From Chiloscyllium plagiosum (taxonomy: Eukaryota), in assembly GCF_004010195.1 (NCBI RefSeq), contig NC_057711.1, forward strand, positions 69,455,970 through 69,504,431: a stretch of 48,462 bases of DNA, written 5' to 3'. The notes beneath the pieces are model-generated. The model ran no database searches. It was given only the letters and a program-made list of their open reading frames with translations, and was not told the DNA's origin. Shown one piece after another: positions 12,354 through 25,399 of the stretch. The translations under genes were made by a program, and so were the position numbers. How positions within the stretch are numbered: the stretch's first letter is position 1; every line of letters starts with the position of its first letter.

Positions 12354-14406
12354 CAGTGACTACCACAACTGACCCAGCTGCTGTATATACAGATCCCAGG
12401 AAGCTGTCATGACTCATTCATCCTGAGACAGTCTGTGTTTCTTTTCTCAGGTTGCTTAAAATCTTTTACAGATCCACGTGACTAAGGCTTTACCATGGAA
12501 ACATGGCTACTTACACCTTCCCAATGCTCCAAATAGCAGAGGATTTCTACCTCTGCTGGTCTGCGATTACAAAGGTAACTATTAAGCAGTCCATAGCGAA
12601 TCTGAGAGTGAGTTTCAGATGCCTGGATAGATCTGAAGGAGCCTTATATATGTACCAGCGAATCGATCTGTCCTCACAAAGTTTTGTCACACCCATGGTC
12701 AAGGATTTTAACTGATTTATTTGCCGTCTGAGATGACATTTTTTTCTCTTGTACTTCTCAAACTTTCCAATAGTTAAGCAGTTAAGTGATACATCCTGAG
12801 TAGCAAATATAATAGTGCAGTCTTTAGTCTGTTTAGTTTTATAGAGGAGATCACATCAGACAATTGTCCACAATATATTGGAAAGCTATTCCAAAATGGG
12901 TGTGTCAAGTTAACAGCATTGCCATATTAGTTGACGACAGCAGGCTCATAAAGGAGATGCTTCCCAAAATTAAATTATTCAGTGGGTTTTCTGCACATCA
13001 CAGTGAGGATTGCCAAGTTCTTATGTGCATTTACACCAGACCATTAGATGTGGATTACCTTCAGCGAAAACCATGTTCGGGAGGCAGATCAGAACAGTAC
13101 TTATCATTAATACTGGAATGTTTACTACACAGACAAGAAATTATAGTCTGCAGGAGTAGTTTCCTATGCATCTGGGCAGAAGATCTGAGTTAACGACCAA
13201 TATAAATATCCTGGTTTTCTGCAGAGGTGATGAAAATCTGCAATGAGCCTAGCTCATATGAAGTAACCACTAGAGTGATGTTGAAGTTGAATGTATCAAC
13301 TTAGCTTTCCTGTAGCATCAAGAACACATTTGAATCCAAGGTCTGAGAATGTAGTTGAGCAAAACAGCTAGCACTACAGTCATGTGTAAGATTTCTGTAT
13401 GTTCACAACGATAAAATGAGCACAGTGTTAACTAGTCCTCTCAGAGGTTTGATTGTTAGTTTTTAGATCAGGACACATGAATAAATCATCTGTACAATTT
13501 AAAGATACTAGAATAATGAATGTTCTAAATAACATTTTTAAAAATTTTTTTGCTGTTTTTTTCATTATTGACTGAATTGTGGAAAAAGAACTGTTTTTAT
13601 GAACCAAAGATTTGTTGAAGGATCATTGTACTTTATAGAAGCAAAAACTTTGATGCACATTGAGTATTGTTTTCACAGCTGCTTGTACAAGCAGTAATGG
13701 AATCCTACTTTGTAGACCAGCCAGAACCAAGGGGTATGTGTGAAAGAAGTTTTGACTGGGAACATGTAGCTGATTGTGAACTAGTGACTACTTTTTGATG
13801 ACAAAGCCTGCAATTTTTACTTGGCTTCTGAGTAGCTGAACAGTTTGGGGGTGTGAATATTTTGGAAGAAGCAATTAGACCTCTACAAAGACACAAACTG
13901 TCTCTTTTTACTGCAATAAAAAAGTCTCTCAAACCTAATGATTTCTCCTTCCAGATAAAATAAGCTGTGACTTTTAAATGATGTCAAAGTCCATTAAAAG
14001 TGAGAACCAGTCACCCTGTACCTCCTGCAAGCAGGTGAAAGTATCTGGAGGAGAAAATCAAGAAGCAGCATTCTGATCAGCACATAATCATCTCAACAAA
14101 CCTTGAAAATTGTCCTAGTCTTTCCTTCCATTCATAACACCCATACTTTTTTTCTGTGTATATGTGTGTGTAAATAAGTTTATAAGGGGTTAAATTTCAA
14201 CTAGTTGAGTTAAATGTTGATGGTTTATAATTGTTTATTTGTAGTTGGAATCTATTTATTTGTAGTATTTAGTCATTCTTGTCAAGTACAGAAACAAGGT
14301 CTGTGCTTTCTGTCAACTAATGGGGTTTGATTCCAGCAGACTATCCCAGTGGGACATAACAATGTCACATTTAACATCTCTGTAAATATTCACAACAATC
14401 CTATTC

Positions 14407-14737
14407 TGTAATGTATGTTTATTCTGTATGTTTAATGTCACTATTTAAGAAAAGTCAAGGGGCAGTATTGAGATAATGCATGGACTGCTGTGTTCTGATT
14501 AGAAGCTTATTGAACATGCATATAGCTAAAATATGTTATCACGGGAAGTGGTATAAGGCAGCAGTATGGCAGCAATTGGAGCACTGTCGATCTTCTGATA
14601 GCATGTAACTGCAGAACTCTTGAGCAACCCTATAATTCATCTGTTATTCTTCAATAAACTGTCCAAGTATTTTTCTCATTCATCAATGTCTGACTGGTAA
14701 GTTTGTGTTATGGTCAATAATACACAACAGTGATGAG
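14407..14737 (+). mobile_element. Possible Gypsy-type LTR remnant
   Basis: Begins TGTAAT, contains tataa and aataaa, ends acacaACA and is followed by gtgatgag, a degenerate PBS-like sequence. No TSD verified. Confidence 0.3.
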
Positions 14738-14779
14738 CCATCTCCTTGAACAATGTGATACATATGGTTTAGATACACC

Positions 14780-15206
14780 CAGAGTGCTATGGGTAGAGAG
14801 TTCTAGAAACGTAGGGACTTCTATCACTGGAGCGTAGGAGGTTAAGAGGTGACCTTATAGATGTTTATAAAAGAATGAGGGGTATAAATAGAGTTAATAG
14901 TCATTGTCTTTTCCCTATGATGGGGGATTTCAAGACCAGGAGGCATATTGTTAAGGTGAGAGGAGAGGAATTAAAAAAAAAGACATGAGGGGCAATCCTG
15001 TGTGGAAGGAACTTCCTAAAGAGATGGTGGACATGGGTACAATCACATAATTTAAAAGACATTTGAATAAATACATGAATAGGAAATGTTTGGAGGGATA
15101 TGGGTCAGGAGCAGGCAGGTAGAACTAATTTAGTTTGGGATTATGTTCGGCATGGATTTGTTGGACTGAAGGGCCTGTTTCAATCCTGTATGTCTCTATG
15201 ACTCCA
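14780..15206 (+). mobile_element. CR1/HER1 LINE 3' end
   Basis: ttaagaggtgaccttatagatgtttataaa (LRGDLIDVYK) and 3' UTR ttggactgaagggcctgtttc..ctctatgactc. Confidence 0.85.
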
Positions 15207-15720
15207 TGTCCCAAAGACTGTGAAGGAATGGTGATAGAATTATATTTCAGGATGGTGTGCACAAAGTTGAAAAATCACACAACAGCAACAAGTTTATTTG
15301 AAAAGCACTAACTTTCAGAGCACTGCTCTACCTGATGAAGGAGCAGCATTCCTAAAGCTAGTGCTTTGAAATAAACCTGTTGGAGTATAACCTGGTGTTG
15401 TGTGATTTTTAACTTTGTACAGCCCAGCCACCGACACCTCCAAATCAGGATGGTGTGTGATTGGGAGGGGAACTGCAAGTGATAGTATTCCTACGCCTCT
15501 GCTGCCCTTATCTTTCTAGGTGATGAACATTGCAGATTTGGCAGGTGCTGTCAGAGGTCCAAGATATCGCAGTGCATCATGTACTTGGTGCGCACAGTTG
15601 CCTCTTTGCACCTTTAGTGGAAGGAGTGAATTTTTAAAGTTAGTGTTCATGTGCTAATCAAGCAGACTGTCTTGTCCTGGCTGGTTTTGAACTTGGTGAG
15701 TGTAGTTGGAGCTGATTATT
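15207..15720 (-). mobile_element. LINE family B 3' fragment, host of the 15260-15444 insert
   Basis: Antisense of the same C-terminal and 3' sequence seen at 2470-3070 (ctgctgcccttatctttctagg, ttgtcctgg..gttggagctg). Confidence 0.7.
15260..15444. mobile_element. Short palindromic PLE terminal-repeat insert with hammerhead-like motif
   Basis: Arms caaagttgaaaaatcacacaaca / tgttgtgtgatttttaactttg. 13-bp TSD tcaggatggtgtg at 15247-15259 and 15445-15457. Motif ctgatgaaggagcagcattcctaaagcta at 15332-15360. Confidence 0.8.
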
Positions 15721-17004
15721 GAGAACTCAGGTATGTGAGATTAGGGAGGAATTCCCCCACTGATAAAATGATGCTGATGCTGATGATGCAGTATATTGGT
15801 TTGTCCACCAAAAGTATTCAGAGTATTTCATGTTATGAAATTTTTTTTGAGAAAGTTGTACATAGGGCAGATTATTCTCTTCAATCCCTGTGTTGAGTTG
15901 TGTCTTTGAAAAGTCAGATTTTCATTCTTTGTTATGAATAGAATATAAGTTGAGTGATTTCTAGGGCTATCCTTCTGTATTCAAATACAAATAATCCATA
16001 GAAGTTCCTAAAGAAATGTAATAGTGTTCTGATACTTAATTGATGCAATTAAACCTTCAGTATTAATCAAATTCTGTTGCCTGTGATGTTAATAATCTAA
16101 GCAAAATTATTTGTTGAATAAAATATCATGGGCACTAAACCACTAAATTCCAAATGTATTCCAGTGATTAGCTCAATGTTTATTTTGGCATAATATCTTC
16201 TGATGTCCTTCCTTTGTCAGTTTCTACATTCATTATTTATCTTTTTGTCTTGAAGATATATTTTTTAATGAACTCACTGTCTAACTTAGTTTTTGGGATT
16301 TAAAGAGACTTTTTTTCTTTTCTTTCCATGGGATGTTGGCATCACTGGCTCGGCAACATTTTTTGGTCATTCGTTATTGCCATTGAGAAGTTGATGTAGT
16401 TATTATTGTTATGTACTTCTCAGATGCAGCACAATTTCAGTTAAGATGAGTTCATGGTAATTTGGTGGATGTGATTGAGGTGCAGGCAGTGAAAGGCTTT
16501 ATATATTTGTCACGAATCTGTATGGCTGAAGCATTTGTGCAGTAACAGTACAGTTGAGAATTTGTGTTCTTCCTTTGATTTTCCTGAGGAAATCATCTGC
16601 TTTGAGAGATGTGCATGCATGCATGTGTTGTGTGTTGCATGTGGACTCCAGAAATTGGTTCCAGACTGCTTGCTAATTCCAAAGTTCCAGTCAGAATTTG
16701 TACATTTTCAGAATTTTTTTTTGCCCACAGATGTATTGTTGGGAATGGGACACTGTTTGCTTCAATGGAGGTATAATCCTATTCTCTGGCTCGCTGTAGT
16801 CTGTGTGGATCATGGGATATGTACTTCCAGGCAGGGATAGAAGTTCACAGGCTGTGGTGCTGTTTCTGCCTTTGACCCCTGACCCAAGCATAGAGGGCTC
16901 CTTAGAGTCCTAGGCCAAGTAATGGGCCCTTTTGGATTCCACTGCCCCATACCCTGCTTCCAGATGAATTAATTCATAGAATCATACAACATACAACAAT
17001 CCTT

Positions 17005-18318
17005 CTGGATGGGGCAGAATTTGTAAGAAGCATCCAGGAGAGTTTTCTAAAGCAGTATGTCAATAGTCCAATGAGGGAAGGGGCCATATTAGACCTGGTG
17101 TTGGGGATTGAGCCAGGCCAGGTAGTAAAAGTTGCAATGGGGGATTTCTTTGGGAACAGTGACCATAATTCTGTAAGTTTTAGAATACTCATAGACAAAA
17201 CTGAGAGTGGTCCTAAGGGAAGAATACTAAACTGGGCCAAGGCCAATTATATCAAAATTAGGCAGGAGCTGCAAAATGTGCATTAGACACAGCTATTTGA
17301 AGGGAAGTTCACATTTGATATGTGAGAGGCTTTCAAAGATAGGTTAAAGATAGTGCAGGATTGGCATGTCCCGTTGAAAACAAAGGATAGGAAAGACAAG
17401 ATTTGTGAACCGTGAATGACAGGAAAAATCGTATGACTAGCCAAGAGGAAAAGGGAGGCGTACATAAGGCCCAGGCAGCTAAGCATAGAACGGGCCCTGG
17501 AGGAATATTGGGAGAGTAGGACTAGTCTTAAAAGAGGAATCAAGTGGGCCAAAGGGGTCATGAAATAGCTTTTGCAAGCAGAATTAAGGAGACTCCCAAA
17601 GCCTTTTATTCTTATATAAGAAGCAAGCAGGTAACTGGAGAAAGGATTGGTCCACTAAAGGATATGAAAGGAAGGCTGTGTGTCGAAACTGAGAAAATGG
17701 GTGAGATTCTGAATGATTACTTCGCATCAGTGTTCACTGAGGAGAGGGACATGATGAATGTTGAGATTAAAGATAGAAGTTTGATTACTCTGGATCACGT
17801 TGACATAAGTAGGGAAGATGTATTGGGTAGGCTAGAGGTTATTAAGGTGGACAATTCCCTAGGACCGGATGGGATCTATCCCAGGTTGTTGAGGGAGGCA
17901 AGAGAGGAAATAGCTGGGGCCCTGACAGATATCCTTGTAGCATCCTTAAACATAAGTAAGGTGCCGGAGGACTGGAGGGTTGCTCATATTGTCCCCCTGT
18001 ACAAGAAGGGTAGTTGGGATATTCCGGGTAACTATAGACCAGTGAGCCTGATGTCAGTGTTGGGAAAGTTGCTGGAGAAGGTACTGAGGTATAAAATCTA
18101 TTTATATTTAGAAAGGAATGGGCTTATCAGTGATAGACAACATGTTTTTTTGCAGGCTAGATCGTGCCTTACCAACTTAATAGAGTTCTTTGAGGAAGTG
18201 ACCAAGTTGATGGATGAAGGAAGGGCAGTAGATGTCATATACATGGACTTTAGTAAGGCATTTGATAAGGTTCCCCATGGTAAACTATTGGAGAAAGTGA
18301 GGTCACATGGTGTGCAGG
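17005..18318 (+). mobile_element. CR1 LINE ORF2 internal fragment (endonuclease C-terminus to RT), relatively young, lacking both ends
   Basis: REGAILDLVLGIEPGQV, GNSDHNSVSF, GPDGIYPRLLRE, PEDWRVAHIVPLYKKG, NYRPVSL, SCLTNLIEFFEEVT and YMDFSKAFDKVPHGKLL (ORFs 17071 and 17544). Confidence 0.95.
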
Positions 18319-18984
18319 CCCTTCAGCCCATATCAGTGCTGACCAACAAACACTAAACAACACTAATCCCATTTATCTGAACTTGATCCATAGCCAACAA
18401 TGCCCTGGCATTTTTAAGTACTCATCAACTTTCGCTACAACCTTACTTTACAGCCTAGAGAAGCTGAATGAGGAGGACAAAAAGAATGTGTACACTAGAC
18501 TGTCCCTTCTGGCATGTATCTCTCAGGGAAGGCTGGAACTTGTGGATCAAGGATGTATGATAATTTCATTACGTTACTCTAAGCTGCCTCATATACGGCT
18601 GTTAGTTGTGATGGTTTGCTTCTATACCTATTGAGGCACACACAGGTTAAGATCCAAATGGAGTGAACATTAAGTGAAGAATGAACTTTGCAAATGTTTT
18701 TAAAATATTTTGATATATTTTTTGTTCAAAATCTATAACAAAAGGAGTTATTGGAACTAAATAAAGAATCTGGAAGGTGTGCACTTTAAATTTCAGATGG
18801 AAGTTACTAAGGTAGTTATTTTGAAAGACGCATTTATTTTTTCTAGCTAATATTCCACACACGAAACATAAAGTGAGAGAAAAAGCCCAGCAATTACAGA
18901 CCAGTCAGTTTAACTTCAATGGTCTGGAAACTTCTGAGAACCAGCTTTTCATTCTAAATGAAAAATTGTCTTTCGCTAACTTAG

Positions 18985-20400
18985 ACATAAAATGGAAGAA
19001 CAGAAGACCATTCAGCCTTTTGAGTCTGCTCCTCCATTTATTGAGATCATGATCTGATCATTATCACCTCAACTTTCCCACCTTTTCTCTGAACCCTTGA
19101 TTCCCTTAAATCTTAACCTTGAGTATTCTTAATGATCCAGCCACTGTAGCCCCTTGCAGTTACAAGTTGCATAGGTTCATGACCTTCTGAGAAAGGATCA
19201 CAGATCTTCCTCAAATCTGTACTAAATGGGATACCCCTTTCAAAGAGTGTATGCTCTATGGTCCTGTATTCTCCCAGAGGGGAAGCAACCTCTCCATCTA
19301 CCCTGTCAAGACCCCTAAGAATCTTCTATGTTTCAATAATGTCACCTTTCACTTTTCAAAACTCCAATGCGTACATACTCAACCTACTCAACCTCCCATC
19401 TTAAAAATAAATCTCTCCACACCAGAGATCAACCCAGTGAACTTTCTCTAGACCAAAACTTTCTCCAATACCAAAATATCTTTCCTTGGATAAAGGTACC
19501 ACAACTCTTAACAATATTGTGGTCCAACTCACGATTTGTGTGGTTTTAGCAAGACTTACTGATTTTTATACTCCATTTCCTTTCATTTGTCTTCCCCATT
19601 ACCCACTGAACATTTATGCAAACATTTAGTGATTTATGTGTGAGAATGACCAAATCTCTCTATTTTACAGCTATCTGAAGATTTTTTCCATTTAACTAAT
19701 ATTCAGCTCCACAGTTCTCCCTTCCAAATGTATAACTCACATTCCCCATGTTATATTTGACCTACCAAGTTTTGCCCATCCATTTTACCTTCCTATAACC
19801 CTCTGTAGACTCTTTGTGTCATCCTCAGCATTTGCCTTCCCATTATTTTTGTGTCATTGATATATTATTGTAAATAATTGTCACCCTAGCACTGATCCTC
19901 TATGAACATTAGTTACAGGTTGCCATCCTGAGAAACAAGCTCTTATCCTAATTGTATCTTCTATTAATTAGCCAATCTTCTATCCATGCTAATACGCTGC
20001 CCCCAAATTCATGGGCTGTCATTTTATTACATGGCACTTCTTGCAGTAATTTATTGATTGTCTTTTGGAAATTCATGTGTGGTTACTAGTAGGGAGCCTA
20101 TTCATCACACTTTTAAATTACTTCTTGCCTTTATTATTTTTTATCTCTACTCACGCTGTTTCCTACCTTGGTTTCCTGACCTTAGGCGATTCCTCTTTTT
20201 TGTGTACTAATACTATCATTTAACAACAACGCCATACCTCCATCTTTTCTTAGCCTCCTCTCCTTCCAAAATATCCTGTACCTTTCAATATTCATCTACC
20301 AATCCATGTCATGTTTCTCTGCAACAGGGACCTGTTTGTACTTATTTATGTCTATTTGCACCTTCAGTTCAGCTGGTTTTTTTTTAATGCTATATGTTAT
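18985..20400 (-). mobile_element. CR1 LINE fragments (3' end and RT, plus endonuclease remnant)
   Basis: Antisense CR1 tail (gaccattcagcctttgagtctgctcc..gagatcatg) and RT-region remnants (tgtgtcatcc, tccatgctaatacgctgccccca). Confidence 0.75.
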
Positions 20401-20499
20401 GTAAGAGTTTTAGGATCCTGGAGTAACTTTGTGATGATATTAAGATGATCCTCATTACTGAATATGTATTGTGGTAATCTTAATATGTAATAAACAGCG

Positions 20500-21095
20500 A
20501 TATAACAACTGGACTCACCATATAAACAGAGTGGCTATAAGAACAGTTCAGAGGCGAGGAGTCTATGTCGAATAACTCACCTCCTGACTCTCCAAAGCCT
20601 GTCTATCATCTACAAGATACATGTCAGGAGTGTGATGGAATATTCCTCACATGCTCAGATGGGTGCAGTTCCAACAACAGTCAAGAAACTTGGCACCGTT
20701 CAGGACAAAGCAGCCCACGTGATTGGCACCACATTCACAGGCATCCACCTCCTCCATCACCAATACTCAGCAGCAGTAGGGTTTACTATCTACAAGATGC
20801 ACTTCAGAAATTGACCAAAGATTCTTAGATAACATCTTCCAAACCCATGCCCAGTTTCATCTAGAAGGACAAGGGCAACAGATATATGGGAGCACTGCCT
20901 TCTTCAAGTTCCCTCCAAAACGTTCCCATCCTGAGTTATTTCACCATTCTTTCACTGTCACTGGGTCAAAATGCTGGAATTCCCTCCCTAAGGGCATTAT
21001 GGGTATACTTAGAGCACATGACCTTCTCAGGTACAACTAGGTCAACTTGGGATGGGCGATCAATGCTGGCTAGCCAGCAACCCACAAGTAAGTAA
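20500..21095 (+). mobile_element. LINE family B 3' end
   Basis: MEYSSHAQMGAVPTTVKKLGTVQDKAAHVIGTT..IHLLHHQ..FTIYKMH (ORF 20632) and tail gggatgggcgatcaatgctggctagccagc. Confidence 0.85.
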
Positions 21096-22271
21096 AAACA
21101 AAACATTTTCGTACTATTGGCATCAATGCTTCAGCCACCATTTATGGCCTATTCCTGAATGCCCAAACAAGGTCAGCACATTCTTCCTTCGTCCAAAACT
21201 GCTCACAAATTTCCAATGTGGCCTGAACAGAGCCTTATACAACCGCAGCAGTATATCCCAGCTCTTGTATTCTAACCCTTTCAAAATCAATCCTACCACT
21301 GCATTTACCTTCCTAACCATCAACTGCACTTGCATGTTAACCATTAAGTGAATCCTGAACTCAGAATCCTAAGTCTGAAGCTTTTCCCAGTTTAGAAAAT
21401 AATCTATACCTCTATCATTTCCATGAAAATGCATGTATTCCCACATTATATTCCAACTGCCACATGTTTGCTCATTTTCCTAGCAAGTCCACATCCCATT
21501 GCAGCCTCCCATCTTCTCAACACCACCTGTCCCTCCATTAAATATGTGTCATCGGCAAGCTTAGCACCAATGCCCTCAGTTCCTTTGTTCAGATCGATAA
21601 TATATAACATTGTGTATGATTAATGTATAATTGTGGCAAAAACAGAACTTTCTCATTACCTCCTCAATGAATTCTAACAGTCTTGTCAGGCGTGACCACC
21701 CCTTGATGAAGCTATGCTGACTCCACCCTATTTTACCATGCACTTCCTTGCATTCCACAAACTCATCCTTAATAATGGTCTCTAAAATCTTATCAACAAC
21801 CAAAATCAGGCTAACTGGCCTGTAGTTTCTTGTCTTCTGCCTCCCTCCCTTTTTAAACAGAGATGTTACATTTGCCATTTTAGGTCCCTTCCTGACTCCA
21901 GTGATATGTGAAAGATCACCCCCAATGCCTCCACAGTCTTCTCAGCTATGTCCTTTAGGTCTCTGGTGTGTAGTCCATCTGGTCCGGATGATTTATCCAC
22001 CTTCAGACCTTTCAGCTTCACCAGCACTTTCTACTCAGTAATGATCATTACACTCACATCTCCCCCTGACTGTCTTGAAGTTCTGGTAGGCAGTTGGTGT
22101 CTTGCAACATGAAGACAGATGCAAAGTACCTATTCAGTTTATCCACAATTTCTTTGTCCCCCATTACTACTTCTCCAGCCTCATTTTCCCGTGGTCCAGT
22201 GCCCACTCTTGCCTATCTCTTACATTTTATATATCTAAAAACAACGTAGTCAAACTGATTTTATAACGTTA

Positions 22272-22371
22272 AAAATCACACAACACCAAGTTATAGTCCA
22301 ACAGGTTTAATTGGAAGCATACTAGCTTTCAGAGCATCGCTCCTTCATCAGGTGGTAGTGTCTCCAAATCA
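22272..22371 (-). mobile_element. ~100-bp PLE terminal-repeat insert with hammerhead motif
   Basis: TSD tgattttata(a/t)cgtta at 22256-22271 and 22372-22387. Same family as 15260-15444. Confidence 0.8.
22323..22351 (-). ncRNA. Minimal hammerhead ribozyme-like motif (near intact)
   Basis: Minus strand reads CCAC-CUGAUGA-A-GGAGC-GAU-GCUCU-GAAA-GCUA-GU. Helix II closes with G-U instead of G-C; helix III is the palindrome AGCU. Confidence 0.6.
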
Positions 22372-25300
22372 TGATTTTATATCGTTAGCTAGCTTACCGT
22401 CAATATTTCATCTGCTCCCTTATTTTTTTTTTAGTTATCCTCTGCTGGTTTTTAAAGGCTTCCAATTCCTTTGCATGCTCTTTATTATGTTTTGATGCTG
22501 TCCCTGACTTCTCTTGTCAACCATAATTGCCTTGTCCTCCTCTTACTATGTGTCTTCTTCCTAAGGATGAATTTCTGCTCAGCTTCCCGAATTAGCCCAA
22601 GAAACGTCCGCCATTGCTGCTCTACCATTTTCCCTGCTAAGGTGCCTTTCCAATCAACTCTGGCCAGCTCCTGCCTCATGTCTTTATAGTTTTCTTTACT
22701 CAGTTAATACTGTTATATCTGATACCAACTTCTCCCTCTCAAATAAAGAGTGAGTTCTATTATATTATGGTCACTGCCCCAGGCATTCCTTCACCTAAAC
22801 CTCCCTGATCAAGTCTGCCTCATTACACATCACCAAATCCAGAATTGCCTGTTCCCTAGTGAGGTTTACCACAAGCTGCTCCTAAAAATCATCTTGTGTA
22901 TATTCCATGAATTATTTTTATTGGGTCAACGACTAACCTTATTTTCCCAGTCCACCTGTACATTGAAGTCCTCCATGGTTGTTTTAATAATGCCTTTCTT
23001 CCATACCTTTTCTATCTCCTGATTTATTTTCTTCCCCAGATCCTGACCACTGCTTAGAGGCCTGTAACCAATTCCCATCAGGGATCTTCTTTCCTTTGCA
23101 GTTCCTCAACTCTACCCCCACCTTTGACTCTACACCTTTGACTCTATATCACTTCTTGCTATTAATTCAATTTAATTCCTTACAAAGAAGGCAACCCCCA
23201 CCCCCACCACCTTACTCAACTGCCTACCCTTTTTTATTTGGACATGTATCCTTGAATATTTATTTCCCAGCCCTGATCCCCTTGTAGACTTATATTAAGA
23301 TGGCTACAAAATCATACTCACTAATTTTAATCTGTGCTACAAAGTTGTTTACCTTGTTAAATGTACTGCACATATTAAAGTACAACATCCTCAGTCCTGC
23401 ATTGACTGTCCCTTTTCTCATAGTCATCCCATTATCTGCTGTGCCTGAAGTTATATTTATGACCCTTTCCATACTCTCTGTCCTATTACTTATTCTGGAA
23501 TCTTCAGTACCTCTCCTGACCCCCTCCCCGACTTTAACAAGTTCAAAGTCCTTGTGGCCTCAATTTGCACCATTGGTCCATCTACCTTATTCCAAATGCT
23601 TCATGCGTTAAGATACAAAGCCTTTAAGCGTATTCTGTTATTGAGTTTCCCTACACTTATTGGTTCTTTCACACGATCCTTTTATTTTCTGATAATAATC
23701 AACCCCATCACTAACCTGCAATCCTATCTTCTCCTTTACCTTTGATTTTAATATTTTCTACGCATTTAAACCCCCACCCCATCCACATATTTAGTTTCAA
23801 GCCCTGTCCACAGCCCTAATTATGTGAGTCAGTAGGATTCTGGTCCCAGCATGACTTGGAACAATTCCCACCTTTCCCAGTATTGGTGCCAAGGTCCAAC
23901 AAATTTCAACTTGATACTCCCACACCAATCTTTGAACCACACATTTATCTCTTTAATCTTGCTGGCCCTGTGCCAATTAGCCTGTAACTGAGATAGTAAT
24001 CTAGGTATTCTTGCCTTTTTTGGTTCTGCTTTTTAATTTGGCTACTAGCCTCTCATATTCCCTCAGCAGAACATTCCTCTTTCATTCGATAATGTTAGTA
24101 CTTCTGTGAACCATGACAACCGGATCCCCCCTGATTCAAATTCCTCTGCGGCCCAGATGAGACATACTGAACCCGGGCACCAGGCAGACAACACAGTCTC
24201 AATACTGGCCACACAGAACAGTGTCTGTTTCCCTGACCAAACTATCCCTGATTACAATGACATTTCTCTTTTCTCCCCCTTTTTGAATGGCTCCCTGTGC
24301 CATGGTGCTACGGACAGTTTGTTGATCCTCCCTATAGCTCCCGCTGTCAGTCATCATCAGGAGTAATAATCTCAAACCTGTTGGACAAGCACAAGGGCTG
24401 AAGCTTCTTCAGCATTACCTCCTGGATCCCTCTATCCGCTTTGCTAATTGTGACACTCCCCTGTCCTTGATCACTGACTGAATTCAAAATCGTTTATCTA
24501 ATGTGACTGCCTCCTGAGCCACAGTGTCCAGGTAACTCTCTCCCTCTCTGATGTGCTGTGGTGTTTGAAGCTCAAACTCTAGCTCATCAACTCTGAGCTG
24601 AAGTTTCTCAAGCAACCAACACTTGCTACAGATGTGGTCACCAATGGGGTCCACCAGCTCCCTCATGTAGGTACAGTATGTTGCTTGTCCCTGCATCTCT
24701 AATTTATTTACTTAGTTCTTAATTTGCTTTTTTATAATTCCTACTGGTCTTTTAGTTTGTAAGCTGTAAATATTTCCCCTACTTATTTTCAATCTTAAAG
24801 TAACCTATAACAGTCAAATTAGCAGCTGTAACTAACCAATGAACTTACAGTCTTCCTGTATAAAGTCACTATTGTGTGCTGGGCCCCCAATCCTGAGCTT
24901 CAATTTACCTTGTTTTCAAAAAAAAACCTTACAAAGTATGAAACAAAAAAGCAAGCAAAAATCACCTCGTGCCCTCTGCACCAAATTCTCACGCTACCTT
25001 CAAAGTCCCTGAACTATTTACATACTTCTCCAGATGTGATCTCACCTTCCTGACCATGGGAAGCTGACTAGATATAAAAAGACAGTTCAAATTCAACTAG
25101 GTAAGATGACAAATACAAAACATTGTCGGGGAAATTTTATAGGGCCAATCTAAAACCTGGTCAAATCATGGATTTGAAGGACGTTTTTAAAGAAAGAAAT
25201 CAAGAGTGGCAGATTTTTAAGTAAAGAGTACCAGAGGGGACTGAGGCAGCTCAAGGAAAACGGAGCAAAGTACCAAAGCTGAAGTCAAAGAGTGAAAAGG

Positions 25301-25399
25301 GTTTTAAGGTTGGAAGAGGCTTCACAGGTAGAAACTACATCATAAGCTTTCCACTGGGAGGCAATTTATTTATCAGATGGCAGTGTACTGTATATCATC

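Larger units (their letters stand above)
10980..12700 (+). mobile_element. PIF/Harbinger DNA transposon fossil (HARBI1-like DDE transposase pseudogene)
   Basis: Putative left end gggcagaattt at 10980. Fragmented transposase motifs in order: L*RLQLSRQNVLELCTML (~11960), LPV-AVKIIMVVNF (~12052), GDISCILQ..CCIMLTMDAL (~12109), NKKEFHFLNA (~12230, cf. NRKGFHSLNV), PGSCHDSFILRQS (12396), ETWLLTP (~12498), FRCLDRSEGAL (~12614). Right TIR not found. Confidence 0.85.
21150..25010 (-). mobile_element. Near full-length decayed CR1 LINE (ORF1 + ORF2)
   Basis: ORF1 N-terminal zinc-finger/leucine-zipper DHICSKCWLLEKLQLRVDELE (24484-24696), ORF2 start LRMLYFNMCSTFNKVNNFVAQI, MRQELARVDW, ANVTSLFKKGGRQKTRNYRPVSL, LADDT and LRLYKALFRPH. 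Confidence 0.9.

Noticed and set aside
12451..12574. Apparent host exon (ttctcag| ... AAG|gtaact)
   Set aside because: It lies within continuous Harbinger transposase homology, so the splice-like sites are probably incidental.
17544..18356. 270-aa ORF as a host gene or functional reverse transcriptase
   Set aside because: It is a truncated CR1 ORF2 piece that ends before the catalytic ADD motif, with stops upstream.
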